Positions 63,874-64,000 of a DNA stretch of 64,000 nt are shown in pieces. Under the pieces are notes generated by a model that worked only from the letters and a program-made list of their open reading frames with translations, was not told the origin of the DNA and did not search any database. The stretch's first letter is position 1. The number at the start of each line of letters is the position of its first letter. The position numbers were made by a program, and so were the translations under genes. The stretch is from an uncultured virus (IMG/VR IMGVR_UViG_3300037692_000302) (lineage: Duplodnaviria > Heunggongvirae > Uroviricota > Caudoviricetes). The DNA is taken from the IMG/VR virus record IMGVR_UViG_3300037692_000302. The stretch is one strand, 5' to 3'.

Positions 63874-64000
63874 CCGGGGAGGACGCGGGCCCGGACCCGC
63901 CGCCGCTCTTGGACTGGCGGGACGCCAAGCACTGGTCGTGGACGGCGAAGCAGTGCCGTTACTGTCCCGGGCTCACCAATCTTCGCGACAGCAAAGGAAA
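63870..64000 (+). CDS. partial hypothetical protein, runs off the window
   Basis: GTGA overlap; LLDWRD..HW....CRYC. Confidence 0.5.
   Translation, partial: MTGEDAGPDPPPLLDWRDAKHWSWTAKQCRYCPGLTNLRDSKG

Larger units (their letters stand above)
1..64000. mobile_element. Temperate actinobacteriophage (siphovirus-type, probably Streptomyces); extends beyond both window ends
   Basis: Terminase, portal, capsid, tape measure, endolysin/holin, integrase, repressor/cro, antirepressor and WhiB genes; high GC; no host housekeeping genes. Confidence 0.95.

Overview
The whole window is a high-GC temperate actinobacteriophage, most likely a Streptomyces siphovirus; no host housekeeping genes are visible. 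Layout: accessory and early genes (1-17.4 kb) including a plasmid-like membrane 'spread'-type block, lipoproteins, GIY-YIG and HNH nucleases and a PP2C phosphatase; terS; an NDP-sugar/glycosyltransferase/methyltransferase cluster; terL; portal; a 2H-phosphoesterase/MuF/protease fusion; two capsid proteins; tail genes; a pectin-lyase-like spike; a GH33 sialidase; a DUF2829 (Tad2-like) protein; lysis genes; a further glycosyltransferase; a tyrosine integrase; the immunity switch; and early recombination/regulatory genes (antirepressor, Rad52-like annealase, DEDDh exonuclease, RusA, WhiB). The most striking items are absent from the ORF track: (1) an orphan 46-aa FxSxx-COOH RiPP-precursor-like peptide gene (9494-9634, ends TFNSAV*) with no maturase in the window, a possible decoy for host Fxs systems; (2) a bipartite late-promoter motif, CCGGAA with a -10-like hexamer 27 nt downstream, found nine times, mostly before leaderless genes and once inside the fusion gene; (3) 20 copies of TGAGCC, on both strands, in the 3' part of a membrane-HTH gene. 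All family calls come from motif recognition by eye; no searches were run.
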